Assembly: GCA_004764695.1 (NCBI GenBank)
Contig: SMSO01000034.1
Location: 3,100,001 to 3,164,000 of the forward strand
DNA: 64,000 nucleotides
Reading direction: 5' to 3'
DNA from: Schizochytrium sp. TIO01
Taxonomy: Eukaryota; Protista; Bigyra: Labyrinthulomycetes
The translations under genes were made by a program, and so were the position numbers. The notes under the pieces were generated by a model. It had not been told where the DNA came from. It made no database searches and saw only the letters and a program-made list of their open reading frames with translations. Within the stretch, counting starts at the first letter, position 1. Each line of letters begins with the position of its first letter. This document shows, piece by piece, positions 46,494 to 58,200 of this stretch.

Positions 46494-48025
46494 ATTGATA
46501 CATCGCGCGACGAATGTTTTGGCTCTGAATTTTCTCCATCATTTGCCATTTGCTTAGGCGCGAAGTAAGATTTTAAAGCATGCAGCTCAGGTGTGTAAGA
46601 TTCCGCCGGCACAAGAAAACCTGCTCCCGGACCATCCAAAAGTTCTGCTTCGAAAAGCTTTGCAAATGCAGCAAAAAATTGATGATCTGCAGGATTCCGG
46701 TGTCTATGGCCCCACATCACCTGGATATCCGGAAATCGTTTAGCAATTGCAGTGAGCGTAGCAATAAGCAAATCGTAAAGCTCGGGGTCGTAAACTACAT
46801 CACTGAGGACAATTAAATCAAGATTGCCGAATCGATCAAGTTCTGGGTCAGATCCCCAGCCTAAAGGCAAAGCCTCGGCATTCTTCAGTTCATTTAATAC
46901 CACGTTTGCCTCCATCTGAGGAATAACTTCTTCAAGGTCAGTAACGGCAACATAGCTTGCCCCAATCCGAGCACACCCAATACCTACTGCGCCTGTGCCT
47001 GCACCTAGTTCTAAGACGCGACGCCCCTTAACAAGATGAGCATATTCACCTCCTAGCAAGCCCAGGAGTCGTGATGCCGAGTCCCAAAGCTTCCCAGCAA
47101 TACCAAGAGAAGAGGTGGCTTCAAGAAGATATACTTTCTGCTCTTGGCCTGGAATAGCAAGTTCTCGACAGCCTCCATAGGATTCAAATCTGGCGACGTG
47201 TTTTTCATTGTCTTTATTTGAGACGATTGTGGGAGGGCTTAGCACTGGCTCCACACCTTGTGCTGTCAACCTCAATTGGAATAACTTATTTTCTGCCTCT
47301 TTCGCAACCTCTAGCCGGCCTTGCAAACTTGCCCTTCCATGACTATTGCTCACTGACTCCTTGAGCGTGAACTTCACACTGTCTGGCCCGACTATCTCAG
47401 CGTTAACTTGTGGCATTTCTGCAAGCATGTTATGGTCTAGCAAACCAAACTCGTTCCCAATAAAAGCATCTACTTTGATCTCTACAAAGCTACCTGGCTG
47501 GACCACGAGAGGAAGCGTAGATTCTGACAAGAACAGCCGCAGCGTGTGATGTTCGCTAAACAGCGCCCGGCGTTCAAGCTCTGGAAGCTCTGGTGGTTTG
47601 TATGTTTGACTTTGTGTTTTCAACTCTGATCTCTTGCGCAATACAAGCTGCTGAGTTGCGGGAGGAAGGTTTTTAAGATTTTGCGCAAGTGTTGCGCACT
47701 CCGTATAGGCCTCTGTGAAGCTGAGTTTGTCTTCAAGGGCCTTAATTTTCCGAAGCCGAGCCTTCCAATTACTTGGGTCTAGGTCAAGTGCTTCGTCGCA
47801 GTCAGAAATAGCGCCTTTGAGCCAACCAAGTTGAAGTCTCGCTTGAGCTCTGTTGCTCAACACTGTGGCTTTCCAGGAGGACACATCGTGTTCGAGCGTC
47901 TCGACGATGTTCAATTTTTCAAGGGCTACAAGCGCCTCTCCATAAACACGTTCTGCCCCAACGTGGTCTCCTGCACGGTATAGATCATTGCCGCGGAGTC
48001 GCAGCTGTTCGTGCTCGGAAGCCAT
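46460..48025 (-). CDS. TPR-domain protein lysine methyltransferase (METTL21/Methyltransf_16 family)
   Basis: N-terminal 3 TPRs (RGNDLYRAG; LSNRAQA; DPSNWKARLR). C-terminal GKLWDSA, VLELGAGTG (motif I), VTDL and SDVVY (DxxY). Confidence 0.88.
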   Translation of the reverse strand: MASEHEQLRLRGNDLYRAGDHVGAERVYGEALVALEKLNIVETLEHDVSSWKATVLSNRAQARLQLGWLKGAISDCDEALDLDPSNWKARLRKIKALEDKLSFTEAYTECATLAQNLKNLPPATQQLVLRKRSELKTQSQTYKPPELPELERRALFSEHHTLRLFLSESTLPLVVQPGSFVEIKVDAFIGNEFGLLDHNMLAEMPQVNAEIVGPDSVKFTLKESVSNSHGRASLQGRLEVAKEAENKLFQLRLTAQGVEPVLSPPTIVSNKDNEKHVARFESYGGCRELAIPGQEQKVYLLEATSSLGIAGKLWDSASRLLGLLGGEYAHLVKGRRVLELGAGTGAVGIGCARIGASYVAVTDLEEVIPQMEANVVLNELKNAEALPLGWGSDPELDRFGNLDLIVLSDVVYDPELYDLLIATLTAIAKRFPDIQVMWGHRHRNPADHQFFAAFAKLFEAELLDGPGAGFLVPAESYTPELHALKSYFAPKQMANDGENSEPKHSSRDVSIYLCRVGSSSF

Positions 48026-50048
48026 GGGTGTTTCGATTTTGATTTTAGGAGACTATTTTGCCACGTTTTTATTTTGAGGTTCTGGAAATACTAGAACTCC
48101 TTTTTTTTCATTAGATTTTTTTTTTTAAAAGCATGAACACATTTTCAGAACTATCTGCGCAAGTATATGCACACGTGCGATCCTTTTGGAATAAACCAAG
48201 GGAGCAAGACTCAAGATCTCGACTAAAATACCTCCCTTTTACATCAGTCAAAGGCATATAGCAACTAAAATGTATGGGAATAAGGTTCAAGTTAAAATAA
48301 AATATTTATACTGCTATTCCGTAACATGGCTCATGCAACCATTCGCACGTAGACCATACATCTCAGCCAAATAAGATGAATAATTTCATCTCTTGGCTCA
48401 ACATGATGCTCAGCCGATGAGGCTTACGAAATAATATCCTTCAAGAACTTGCTTTTTTTAATTTAATTAGAAATCGTGTTGGTGTGTGGTTGAAGTCTTA
48501 ACTCCTGGACGAAATTGATTCAAGTAGCCGGGGAATTGTCTTGGTTGTTAATTCAATCTTCTTCAGAGGTCTGATCATTTGTGATTTGGAGATATAGTGA
48601 GTAACCATTCAAAAGTGAAAAAATAAGTGGAAGACAGAAAATAACAGTGTCCTGTTTTCCCAAGTTCAGGTCATTCGATTTTGACGCTTGTAGAGATACT
48701 CGGCATTCTGTCTCTAGAGGCCCATAAGGAAAGTTGAAAATTGGATTTAGATAAATGGCTAAATACGGTATAGGACTGCTTATATTATTTTGTAGTTGGA
48801 CGAAAGTTTGGATCTCCGTTTTGCCACTAGAGAGAAGAATTTGCCTGCTCAAGTTTTGACAGAAATACACAACGGTAAGAACGCATACTTCTCTTTCTCT
48901 GCCCTCTTAGACGATGTATAAGAAGAGATACGCGTGTGTTACATGATTGTGTTGGCATAACAAATAAAACCTAGGAAAGCTTCACGACTGTGCTCTAAAC
49001 TGAAGCTGGCATCAAATCTTAAATAGCTTTTGTCATTTGGTCATCCTCTTGCCGTTTTTTAGGTTTTCATGTTTGCCTCAAAGCCTAACCCCACTGCGAA
49101 ACAAGGTTATACTAGCTATGCTTGAAGGTAACTCCAGTTTAAGTTATCGCGCTCTCAAAATAAATGAGGCCTTTTAACAGGAAGAAATGACGTTCTTTCA
49201 AGCAATTAAACTCTATATAGGCCATCAAGGTAAACACCACGCATATAAAGTAAGTGTATGACACCGCGAAGAGACGAGGAGTTAAACAGCGCATAATGCA
49301 GGTCTCTGTTGCTTGCTGACATATGTAGAGGTCGCCAAGACGCCAAAACACAAAAATCCTAGACGATCAGCCTTTCCAAAGCTGACTTCAATAAAGAATA
49401 GACGATGCGGATTTCCAGATTCATTCGAACCAGTTCGCGAGGCGTGGCGGGTGCTGCGTGCGGAGCGTCTTCGTGAGTATTGGAAAGCGGATATTCAGGA
49501 CAAGAGTCTACCAAATATTCTCGCAGAGCAGCTAGAACCTCTCGTAACTCCTGATATAGTAGGCACTGGGTTTATATTGGAACAAATCCAACGCTGAAAA
49601 GAGGTTCTTCTCAATTTGCCATCCGTAAATACATCTCTTTTGAGCTGGCAGTAAAATGTTCCTTTACTATGAAGCCCTGAATATGCACACTTCAGACAGC
49701 GTTTAAAGTCCGTTTGTACACTTATTAGATCTTTACTATCTAAATGAGTGCAATAAAACCAATTGCACATAAATCTTAGAATTGCTATATTGGTTGTAAG
49801 AGTTCACAGTTTTTACTGATTACAATTAGAATTCCGGAGTCAAGAATTCGGGTTGCAGTATACGAAAAATGCCAAACTTCATTTACTTATGATGTTCAGA
49901 TGCCCTATATTTCGGTACATATTGCATTTCTTAGCTGTTTGTGATAATGGTTAGATGGTGTTAATATACATTTGCTGATGATAAGGAAAGCAATAGTGGT
50001 TTGTTAATTATTGTTAGGTAGGATAAATTCACACAAATTAGTCTAAAA

Positions 50049-51882
50049 CTACTTTTTCTTTGCATCATCAAGCATTGGAGGGACGATGACAACGCTACCC
50101 TTGCGTGGGCGCTGCATAGTGTATGCACCAGGCGCAGTGTTGCCCACCATGCGTGCATTTGCAACCTGCCTAGCATCAGCGGGGATGCCAAGAGCATCAA
50201 GAGCCTTGCCGGCAGCCTCTGGAATAACAGGCTGCAATAGAATGCTGGTAACACGAACAGTTTCGAGCATCCAGTACATGCACGTATCGTAGCGTGCCTG
50301 AAGTTCGGGTGCGTCTTCAGCATCTGGGTTTTGACGCAACTTTTTACGGAGAACCCAAGGTTCCTCTACGGTAATGACGCGGTTAGCTTCGTAGAGCACG
50401 TCCATGATTTCTTCGAGGCCACGGGCAAACTCAAGACGCTCAAATTTGGCTCCTACAGAATCGGCTAAGCCACTCAAGAAATTCATGGCCAAGTCGTTAG
50501 AGCCTACTTCAGTGCGTGCAGCTGGGCTGGGCCAAACGTCGTCTGGAGAAAGGTTCTTGCCGGTGCAACGGGCCAAAAGGTTGCCATAGGTGTTGGTCAA
50601 CTCATCACGGCGGCGCGCTTCAAGCATGTCGTTACTGTAGTCCAGATCTCCAGCAATGCTGCCATTACGCAAAAGAGCATACCGCACTGCATCAACTCCA
50701 TATTTGTCAATGAGCGTCATGGGATCGATCACATTGCCAAGAGACTTGCTCATCTTGGTACGCTCAACAGTCCAGTGGCCGTGTGCCACAACGGCACTGG
50801 GTGGTTCAATTCCACCTGCAATCAGAAACGCTGGCCAATAGACGGAGTGGAATCGCAAAATATCCTTCCCGATGACATGGATGACACGGTCAATGCCAAC
50901 ATCCCGCCAACTGAAAGGCTCCGCAACGTTAGTGGGGAATTTTGGCGCCAGCAACAGTCAAATAGTTTGCAAGTGCATCAAGCCAGACATAGATGGACTG
51001 TGCCTCATCATTGGGAACAGGCCATGCCCATCGCACTCGGTCCCTTGGTCTCGACACTGACAGGTCTCCGAGTTCAGGTCCATTGGGGCCTTCCTGGCGT
51101 AAGAATGCTTCGACTTCGTTGCACCTCGTGGAAGGCCACACAGCATCTCCTTCAGGTCCTTCTTTGAGCCATCCTAAGAGCTCCTTGTGAAATTTGGACA
51201 GCTTGAAGATGTAGTTCTTCTCCGAAATCCACTCCACAGTGTGTCCACTCTCCAACGAAACCATCGCGCCATCACTAGGGCGCTCAGTGACTTGTTTTTC
51301 TGTAAGAAAAGCTTCATCCGATTGACAGTACCATCCAGAATGCTCGCCAGTCTCAATGAAACCCGCATTTTCGAGGCGCTGCCATAATTGAGCGACGACT
51401 TCGCCGTGACGATCCTCGGTGGTGCGGATGTAGTCATCGTGGGAGGTCCCAAGAGCTTCGAAGAGCCTCTTGAATTGGCCAGAGATCTCGTCGCAGTAAG
51501 CTTTGGTGGATTCGGCACCAATATCGATGGCAGCCTTCTCCACCTTTGAACCGTGTTCGTCAGTACCTGTGGAAAAGAGCACCTGGTGTCCTGAAAGCCG
51601 CAGCCAGCGAGCTAATGCGTCCGCGAGCAGGCCAGAGTATGCGTGACCGATGTGAGGGCTTCCGTTCACGTAAAAAATAGGAGTGGTCACTAACACGCGG
51701 TCTTTGCCCTTGTCTCCAGCCGCGATGTCGCCACCGCTGCTGCTACTGCTATGTCTTTTGCGCATGGGGCCAAGTTGAAGTCCATGAGCACCACTGCCTA
51801 CGGAAACGAGGCCACGCGGAAGCATCGCGAGGACTCCCCGGTGCTTCCGGGAGCTCATCATCGACGCTTTCCGCAGGAGCAT
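50049..51882 (-). CDS. MARS2: Methionyl-tRNA synthetase, mitochondrial/bacterial type; reading frame interrupted near 50932-50945
   Basis: TTPIFYVNGSPHIGH (HIGH), GTDEHG and YVWLDALANY lie in ORF 50929..52047; IGKDILRFH, KMSKS and the anticodon-binding domain lie in ORF 50049..50954. Likely start at 51882 gives a presequence-like MLLRKASMMSSRKHR. Confidence 0.9.
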
Positions 51883-52228
51883 CGTCGCGAAGCGGTCTTC
51901 AAGACAGCCGGTCAGAGCGGCCCTAGATTTTGTGTTTCTGCATTGCAATCGATTGATCAAAAAATTCTCTCCGCCAAAGAAATATGGGCTTATTAGCAGT
52001 ACATACAAAAAGGGACACGTCCAAATTGAGAGAAAGTAGAGATCCATTGCGAAGCAAAAGATTCATGAACAACAGTCACTAAAGTGATTGATCAACCTAG
52101 ACATGGACTTCGTGAACTAGGAAAGCAAATTGCGAAGCTCGGGTCCACGATTGGGCCTGTGCTGATTTTGATTCTGAAGACTAGCTAGTAGTCGTAAAGG
52201 TTGCTGCAACAATTTATCGATTCTAAGA

Positions 52229-53630
52229 ATGACGAAGATGCCTGAAGGCGTCGCAGAGGAGCTCGAGGCGCTTCTCAAGGCATCGAAGCCGATTAGAGAT
52301 AGTGAAAGCCTACATGGCGAAACGGAATATGATGTCAGAGAACTTGAAATGCAAAAGGCCTTGTTTCGAGAGGCCAAACAGGAGTTCTTGGAGACCTTTG
52401 CAAAATATGACTACAAAGGGGACGAGGGCGATGCTGTGCTCTCGGGGATTGCTAGCGAGGATGCGAAGATTGAGGCTATCTGGGTGCCCGGGAGAATTGG
52501 TAAGTCTATTATGATGCGTGTATGTTTCTACATGATGTCTTTGAATGCAGAATAGCTGACTTAGACATTACCGCGAAACAGAAGTGGTTGGCAAACACAC
52601 AGATTATGCCCGAGGCAAGAGCCTTGTCTGTGCGACAAGTCGAGGCCTCGCAGTAGTGTTTTCAACAGCAAAGTCATTCAGCAAACCTCAAGCAGAGGCT
52701 GATCCAGAGCATCCCATTTTAAGGATTGCTTCGCGTCACAACGGCGCCTTGGAGTTAGTTGCGATCAACCTAAAAAGCAATGTAGCAATCGAAGGACAAG
52801 GTCTTGGTTGGACGCGCTATGTGAGCGCAGTTGTAGAATGGCTAAAGGTAAACGGTAGACTCTCCTACAGCGAGAATTCTATATCTGCATTTATCGTGTC
52901 GTCACTTCCCGAGGCAGCAGGTTTAAGCAGCTCTAGCGCCTTAATATGCGCTACCAGCTACATTCTCACTTATGGGAAACAAGACTTTGATCCACCGACT
53001 GTAGATCAGCTAGGTGCAATGGAACGGATGGATTTCGTAGGCACCAAAGGTGGAACCCAAGACCATGCTGCAATTATGATGTCTCGCCCAGGCCATCTCC
53101 TTTTACTCGACTACAGTGATGGAACAAAATGTGAAAAATGGGTAAAGATGCCAAAGGGGCTTTGTTTCGTTGTAATTACATCTGGGGTGCAGGCTTGCAA
53201 GACTGGCAATGCCCTCGAAAGATATAATGCATTAGCTGGAGCGTCGATCGAAAAAAAAGAAATTCGAGCACTGTATGAGACACGTGTCACAGTCAAGCAA
53301 ACATGTGATGCATTCGAGCAAAGCGACCTCGAAAAACTTCGGCAAGGAATCCTCACATCCCAAGCTCATGCCGAGGTCATCTTGGGAACAACAATTCCTG
53401 AAACAACATGGCTAGTATATAAAGCCCTCGAGCTGGGAGCAATTGCCGCGAGTGTATTTGGTGCTGGATTTGGCGGGGCAGTATATGCACTTGTCGATAT
53501 TGCTAACGCTGAAAACTTTGGAGAGTCGTGGCTAGACTCATACCGCAGTTATTTCCATGAGCAGACAAAAACTAGCGAATTCTTTGTCACACTCCCAAGA
53601 GATGGGGCTCATGCCAAGCATTTATTTTAA
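52229..53630 (+). CDS. Galactokinase-like GHMP kinase; 2 exons
   Basis: Exons 52229-52499 and 52582-53630; intron 52500-52581 (GTAAGT...ACAG) restores PGRIEVVGKHTDY. Also LPEAAGLSSSSA (ATP loop), GGTQDH and GAGFGGAV. Confidence 0.88.
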
Positions 53631-54217
53631 TTTTGAAATTGTATTAATTTGTTAAACATGAACGAGGGAACATAAATGCAGAAAGGTAAACAGAACCAGG
53701 AAAAGGGGTATTTACCAAATTCATTTTACATACACATACACTTCTTCAATACTAATGCTAATGATCAGCTAGGAAATCGCCATGTATCGTCGTTGTAGTG
53801 AGGTTTATTTCATACGAACGAGGTGTGAAAAATGGCAAGGTACATGCCTATCTAAAAGTCCTAAGAATATATATAATCCATTTGTCATAACCACGATGCA
53901 AAAATCCATAGAAAGATCTGAAAGGTTTAGATTTAAGCTTCTTACATCCTGTGAAATGAATCTTGCGACGCGGAGATGCTGTGCGCTGTGAAACAAAGCA
54001 GCATCTTGCACCCCACGGTTAGGGGAATCCACTAAATTAGCTATATACTACTATTGCGTCCGTAATCACTGCCAGTAAAGCAAGTGCGTTTGTTTATTTA
54101 TATATTCTGTTCAGAAGCAAAGCCGGAAGAAACTCCACTTCGACTTGCAAAGTCTGCTCATCATATTGTCTGACCGTCTTCAAACAAAATTCATGTAGCA
54201 TTCCACTATCACTCCCT

Positions 54218-55498
54218 TTACTCAGACTTATCCTTAGGGGTCGGCTGCTTGTGGATAGGGACGAGACGGTGACGACAGAGGGCCTCAAATTCCTCAGGAG
54301 AGCGGGTCTTGTTAGGCGTGAGCTGGACCCAGTGTTTGTAAAGCTCACTATAGGTGCCGTTCATGACATGACGGTATACACCCTGGGTATCAATCTCGTT
54401 AAAAACAAATGCATCATTATCAGCAAACTTGTCAATGTTCTGCTCGAAGTGGTCAATGACCTGTGACCAGTGCAGACGCGAGTTCATATGGTGATCAACA
54501 TGGTAGCCATCGTTATAGGTCCGCTGGTTATCCGGGTGATTGACATAGTTGAATGTGAGCCGGTAGTTGGAGAAAGGGTCGTCGGGGCAGACAAAAACGT
54601 GCTGCGTGTAGTTGCCTTGCATCAGAGCAAATCCGAGTACAATGAACGGGATGGGAACCGTCCAGAGTGTAGCGACCGGGTATAAGGTGAAAACATAGGC
54701 AGAGCCAATGAAGTAGCCAATCCAGCAGCACATGTGGAAGGCAAAGAGCTGGTAGCGCTTCTTCTTGAGAGCATAGTACGGCAAGTAAAAGACCGCGTGA
54801 GTGAAGTACTTGCTGATGTAGTGTAGCAGACCCCACCAGCTGTCACGTTGGTGCGGCATGGTAGAGCTGATATCAGAAGGAAAGACATTGTTCTCCACAT
54901 GGTGCATCATGACGTGGTGAATGTAGTAAAAACCGGGAGGAAGACCAAGAAAGAAAGCTAAAAAGGTCTCTGCAAAATAGTTCAAGGGCCAATATTTGGG
55001 CTTGAACAAGCGGCGATGCGAGGTCACATGCAACGTAAGCATGAAGCGCGGCGCGAAGGTAAGCAGACGCCATACGAGGAACACGAGGCCAACAAGGTGG
55101 GACGGGTACATCCAGAAAAGGATCATAAGAGGCGGGACCGTGATAGTCATATTAAGGAGCATCTCAAGAGCAATATAGTCTCGCTCGTCGTCCAGCATTG
55201 GCAAAAAGAAGGTTTTCACAAATTCAGGCATTGGAAAGATGTGCTCGCGGCGAGTGGCAGTTTTATCTCTGTTCTCGCCGATCTGCTCAATGTACTTCGC
55301 GTAGACTGCCGCGTGATACTTGGCTCTCTCGGCATCCTTAGTTTCTGCAGCAGATGACATCTTGGCCTTCGAGACTATGGTGTCAAGTTCCTTTTCCTCC
55401 TCTTCTTCATCCTCAGGGCTTGCAATTGGCTCCGCCTTGGGCGTTTTGGGTGTCCTTGGTTCACGAGTACTACTCGCTTTCATTGCAGTAGTGGACAT
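54218..55498 (-). CDS. Membrane-bound His-box fatty acid desaturase-like protein
   Basis: His boxes LHVTSHR, HHVMMHH and YHVDHH, plus GNYTQH; TM helices; no cytochrome b5 HPGG domain. Confidence 0.8.
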   Translation of the reverse strand: MSTTAMKASSTREPRTPKTPKAEPIASPEDEEEEEKELDTIVSKAKMSSAAETKDAERAKYHAAVYAKYIEQIGENRDKTATRREHIFPMPEFVKTFFLPMLDDERDYIALEMLLNMTITVPPLMILFWMYPSHLVGLVFLVWRLLTFAPRFMLTLHVTSHRRLFKPKYWPLNYFAETFLAFFLGLPPGFYYIHHVMMHHVENNVFPSDISSTMPHQRDSWWGLLHYISKYFTHAVFYLPYYALKKKRYQLFAFHMCCWIGYFIGSAYVFTLYPVATLWTVPIPFIVLGFALMQGNYTQHVFVCPDDPFSNYRLTFNYVNHPDNQRTYNDGYHVDHHMNSRLHWSQVIDHFEQNIDKFADNDAFVFNEIDTQGVYRHVMNGTYSELYKHWVQLTPNKTRSPEEFEALCRHRLVPIHKQPTPKDKSE

Positions 55499-58149
55499 GA
55501 TGCAAGATTCTCACAGCCCTTGAATGAATCACCAGTGAGATTCGTGCCAGCTGTTTCAGATTTGTTCCTAGCTTGCCGGTACTCGATGTTGCCAAGGTTT
55601 CCGTGGGCTACAGATTCAATTGGTTATTGACAGCAGAGCTCTCCACGTCGTTGCTGTCGACGAAGGTGCGCACAGTGCTCCAGTTTAGTTTTTAAAGGTT
55701 AATCGCGTTGAGCCGTTCGCTCGTGCCAAGTTTGCACAGATAGTCGCTCTTCAGGTCTCGCAACTTGGAGAGATGAACGGAGCTGAGGATCTACGAGGCA
55801 ATCGGCGAGCCTCAATAGCCAGGACCGACTCACTCGAATCGAGCAGGGCAAGAGCTCAATTGTGATTTGGGTGATGGGATCTCGAGGGCCTCCATGACAA
55901 CGATGTTGCCTTAAAAAAAAAAAAGACTTTACAACTATAAATTGAGTTTTTTAAAGCCCTACCACAATTCATATTGGGGTCTTAGCGATTAGTATAATGA
56001 TTAAACAAAGTGTTGACTTCTTCTCTTTTTTTTGCTTTAAAAAAGAGAACGTTGCCATAAATATCGTGACGATTCCAAAGAGAATAAATAGTAAATCAAA
56101 CGCAGTGGGTGATAGAGCTAGCTAGCTAGCTACCTATCCACCCATCGATCAGTGCATACCCGTTGCTCTAAGTAGGTGCCTACCTACGAGCAGACGCAGA
56201 CTGGAGACCCCAACTAGCTGCTAATGCTGCTTTTCTTGAGGAGTATTGAGTGGTCTTTCATCGGTTTCATTATTTTATTTACTTTTAACTGCTCACGCAA
56301 AGTTTTGGTGTTCACTTTTTTTTAAAATAATAACTATATTACTCTCTTAGAAAATGTCGAATCGGCGTAGCTTCTTAACCGCAACACGTCACCTATACTC
56401 ATCTCAAGTGACCGTTCAAAGCAGAGCCCGCTATCACATTGTCTCCAAAGCCCATGGAGGCTTCCTTGGCAGTCCGAGTATTGGATACCTCGGGCCTCGA
56501 CTGTTTTCTTTCCGTTGCTTTCTAAACGTACAAAGCAAAAGGAAACATAAAGACCCCTCTGCATGATATACTTTATAGTACTGCATTACTTCATCTGCCT
56601 ACAACTCAGTATTAAATAAAGAGCCTTATTAGTTTCGTTCTCGTTTCCAACAACACATACCATTAATTGGGATGGTCGTGTCGCTCCTCCTTCTTGTAGA
56701 GCTGCCTCTCGAGAGGGAGTCTGCTGCTCCGACGTCTTTGTGCACCGTCGCAAACCACCTAATGGCCTACCTCGGAGGAGCTCGCAAGGGATTCATAGTC
56801 TTGACAGCAGTTGCTGATTTTATGGTCTCCAGATACACTTAGGTTAGGCACGTACACCCTGAACAAAATAAAGATGAGACTAAAAGGACACAAAGAAAAG
56901 AACTCTTGCAAATAAAATGTATCAACAAGTCTACCAAGAAGGAAAGGAATCAATGAATCAAAACTGAGAATCCGACTAGGAACGAAGCAATCAGTTGATG
57001 GACTCACTCGCCGCCCGCTCTCTCGCGATAGATTCGCGATCGTCTCGGGCGTATCTCCACCACCCCCCATCCAGAGGAGCTTCCGAGGCCAGGCCTCGAG
57101 GCAGCTAGCGAATTACGAATTACATCGCAATCATCAATCATCGCACCGCACTGCTGCAATGCAATGCAATGCAATGCATCACTGCCATTATCATTGTAGT
57201 ACAGAGCATTTATCATTGCATTCATTTCCTGCATTCTGCAAAATCGCATCACCTCCACGAATCGTGAGTTGATAAAGGTTGTTCACCATGTCGCAGCTCC
57301 TGGGTCCAGAGTCAGGATCTCATCAAAGCGGCCAGCTTCCCACGAACCTCCGCCGCTTCGCGAGACTGCTCGGCACGGTCGTGAGTCCTCGAAGGCCTTC
57401 ATGTGCTTCTCAATGGCCTCGCCCTGAACTCCAAGCACGTTGGAGCGAGGCTTATCAGCCAGCAGCTGGCTTTAGGGCTGATATCGACAGCATGGCTAGC
57501 TAGTCTGGACCTCGACTCCTCGGGACCTCCACCATCACCGCCATTGCGATCGCCGTCATGAATCGCGATCTTGATTGCGAGTGCATGGAATAGCTGCGCT
57601 GCTCTTCTTCCCGACAGCTGCTGTTATCTACCTGCACATCTTGCTCATGCCTGAACCTGCTACCCCAAGCACTTCGAGTGACTGACTTCCAGTCGGCCAG
57701 TTGCTCCGCTGCACCCGACACTCGAGACGGGAGAGCTCCGGCACCCAGCGACCTCTGAGAAAGCGAACTTTCATTTCGAAGTCGCCTTTGGCTGGCACGC
57801 TCGCGGAGATCGTGGCGACGAGCGTAATGGCGGCCTCCACGGACTCCTCCAAGTTGGCCGCCATATTGGCCGCCTATGAAATGAGTGAAAAACTAAATCA
57901 ATCGATGAAATCAAAGAGTGCTCCCGCTGCTGCCAACTTGCAGAAAGCTCGGGCCTCGCAGCTTGGGGTCGGGAGGCTTGCGATGGGCGTGAAGAGCTCG
58001 CTGGTCTCGTGCATCGCGATGAAGATGTAGTGCGTGCTGAGGCGAAGATTTGAGGCATCGACTGTCTAACGCTGTTTATTTATGTTTTATAGTTCATCAT
58101 GTGTATCATGTGTATAGTAAGTAGTAGGCTCTATATTCAATAAAAAAAA

Positions 58150-58200
58150 TTATAAAATAAAATAAAATAAAATAAAATATAAATTAAATTAAAATAAAAT
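58150..58200 (+). repeat. (TAAAA)n AT-rich repeat
   Basis: Directly visible. Confidence 0.85.

Noticed and set aside
49313-49597. 94-aa protein-like ORF
   Set aside because: Non-ATG start, no motifs and no convincing splice context.
51883-52047. N-terminal extension of MetRS from the ATG at 52047
   Set aside because: It lies in an AT-rich divergent promoter region; the ATG at 51882 gives a more plausible mitochondrial presequence.
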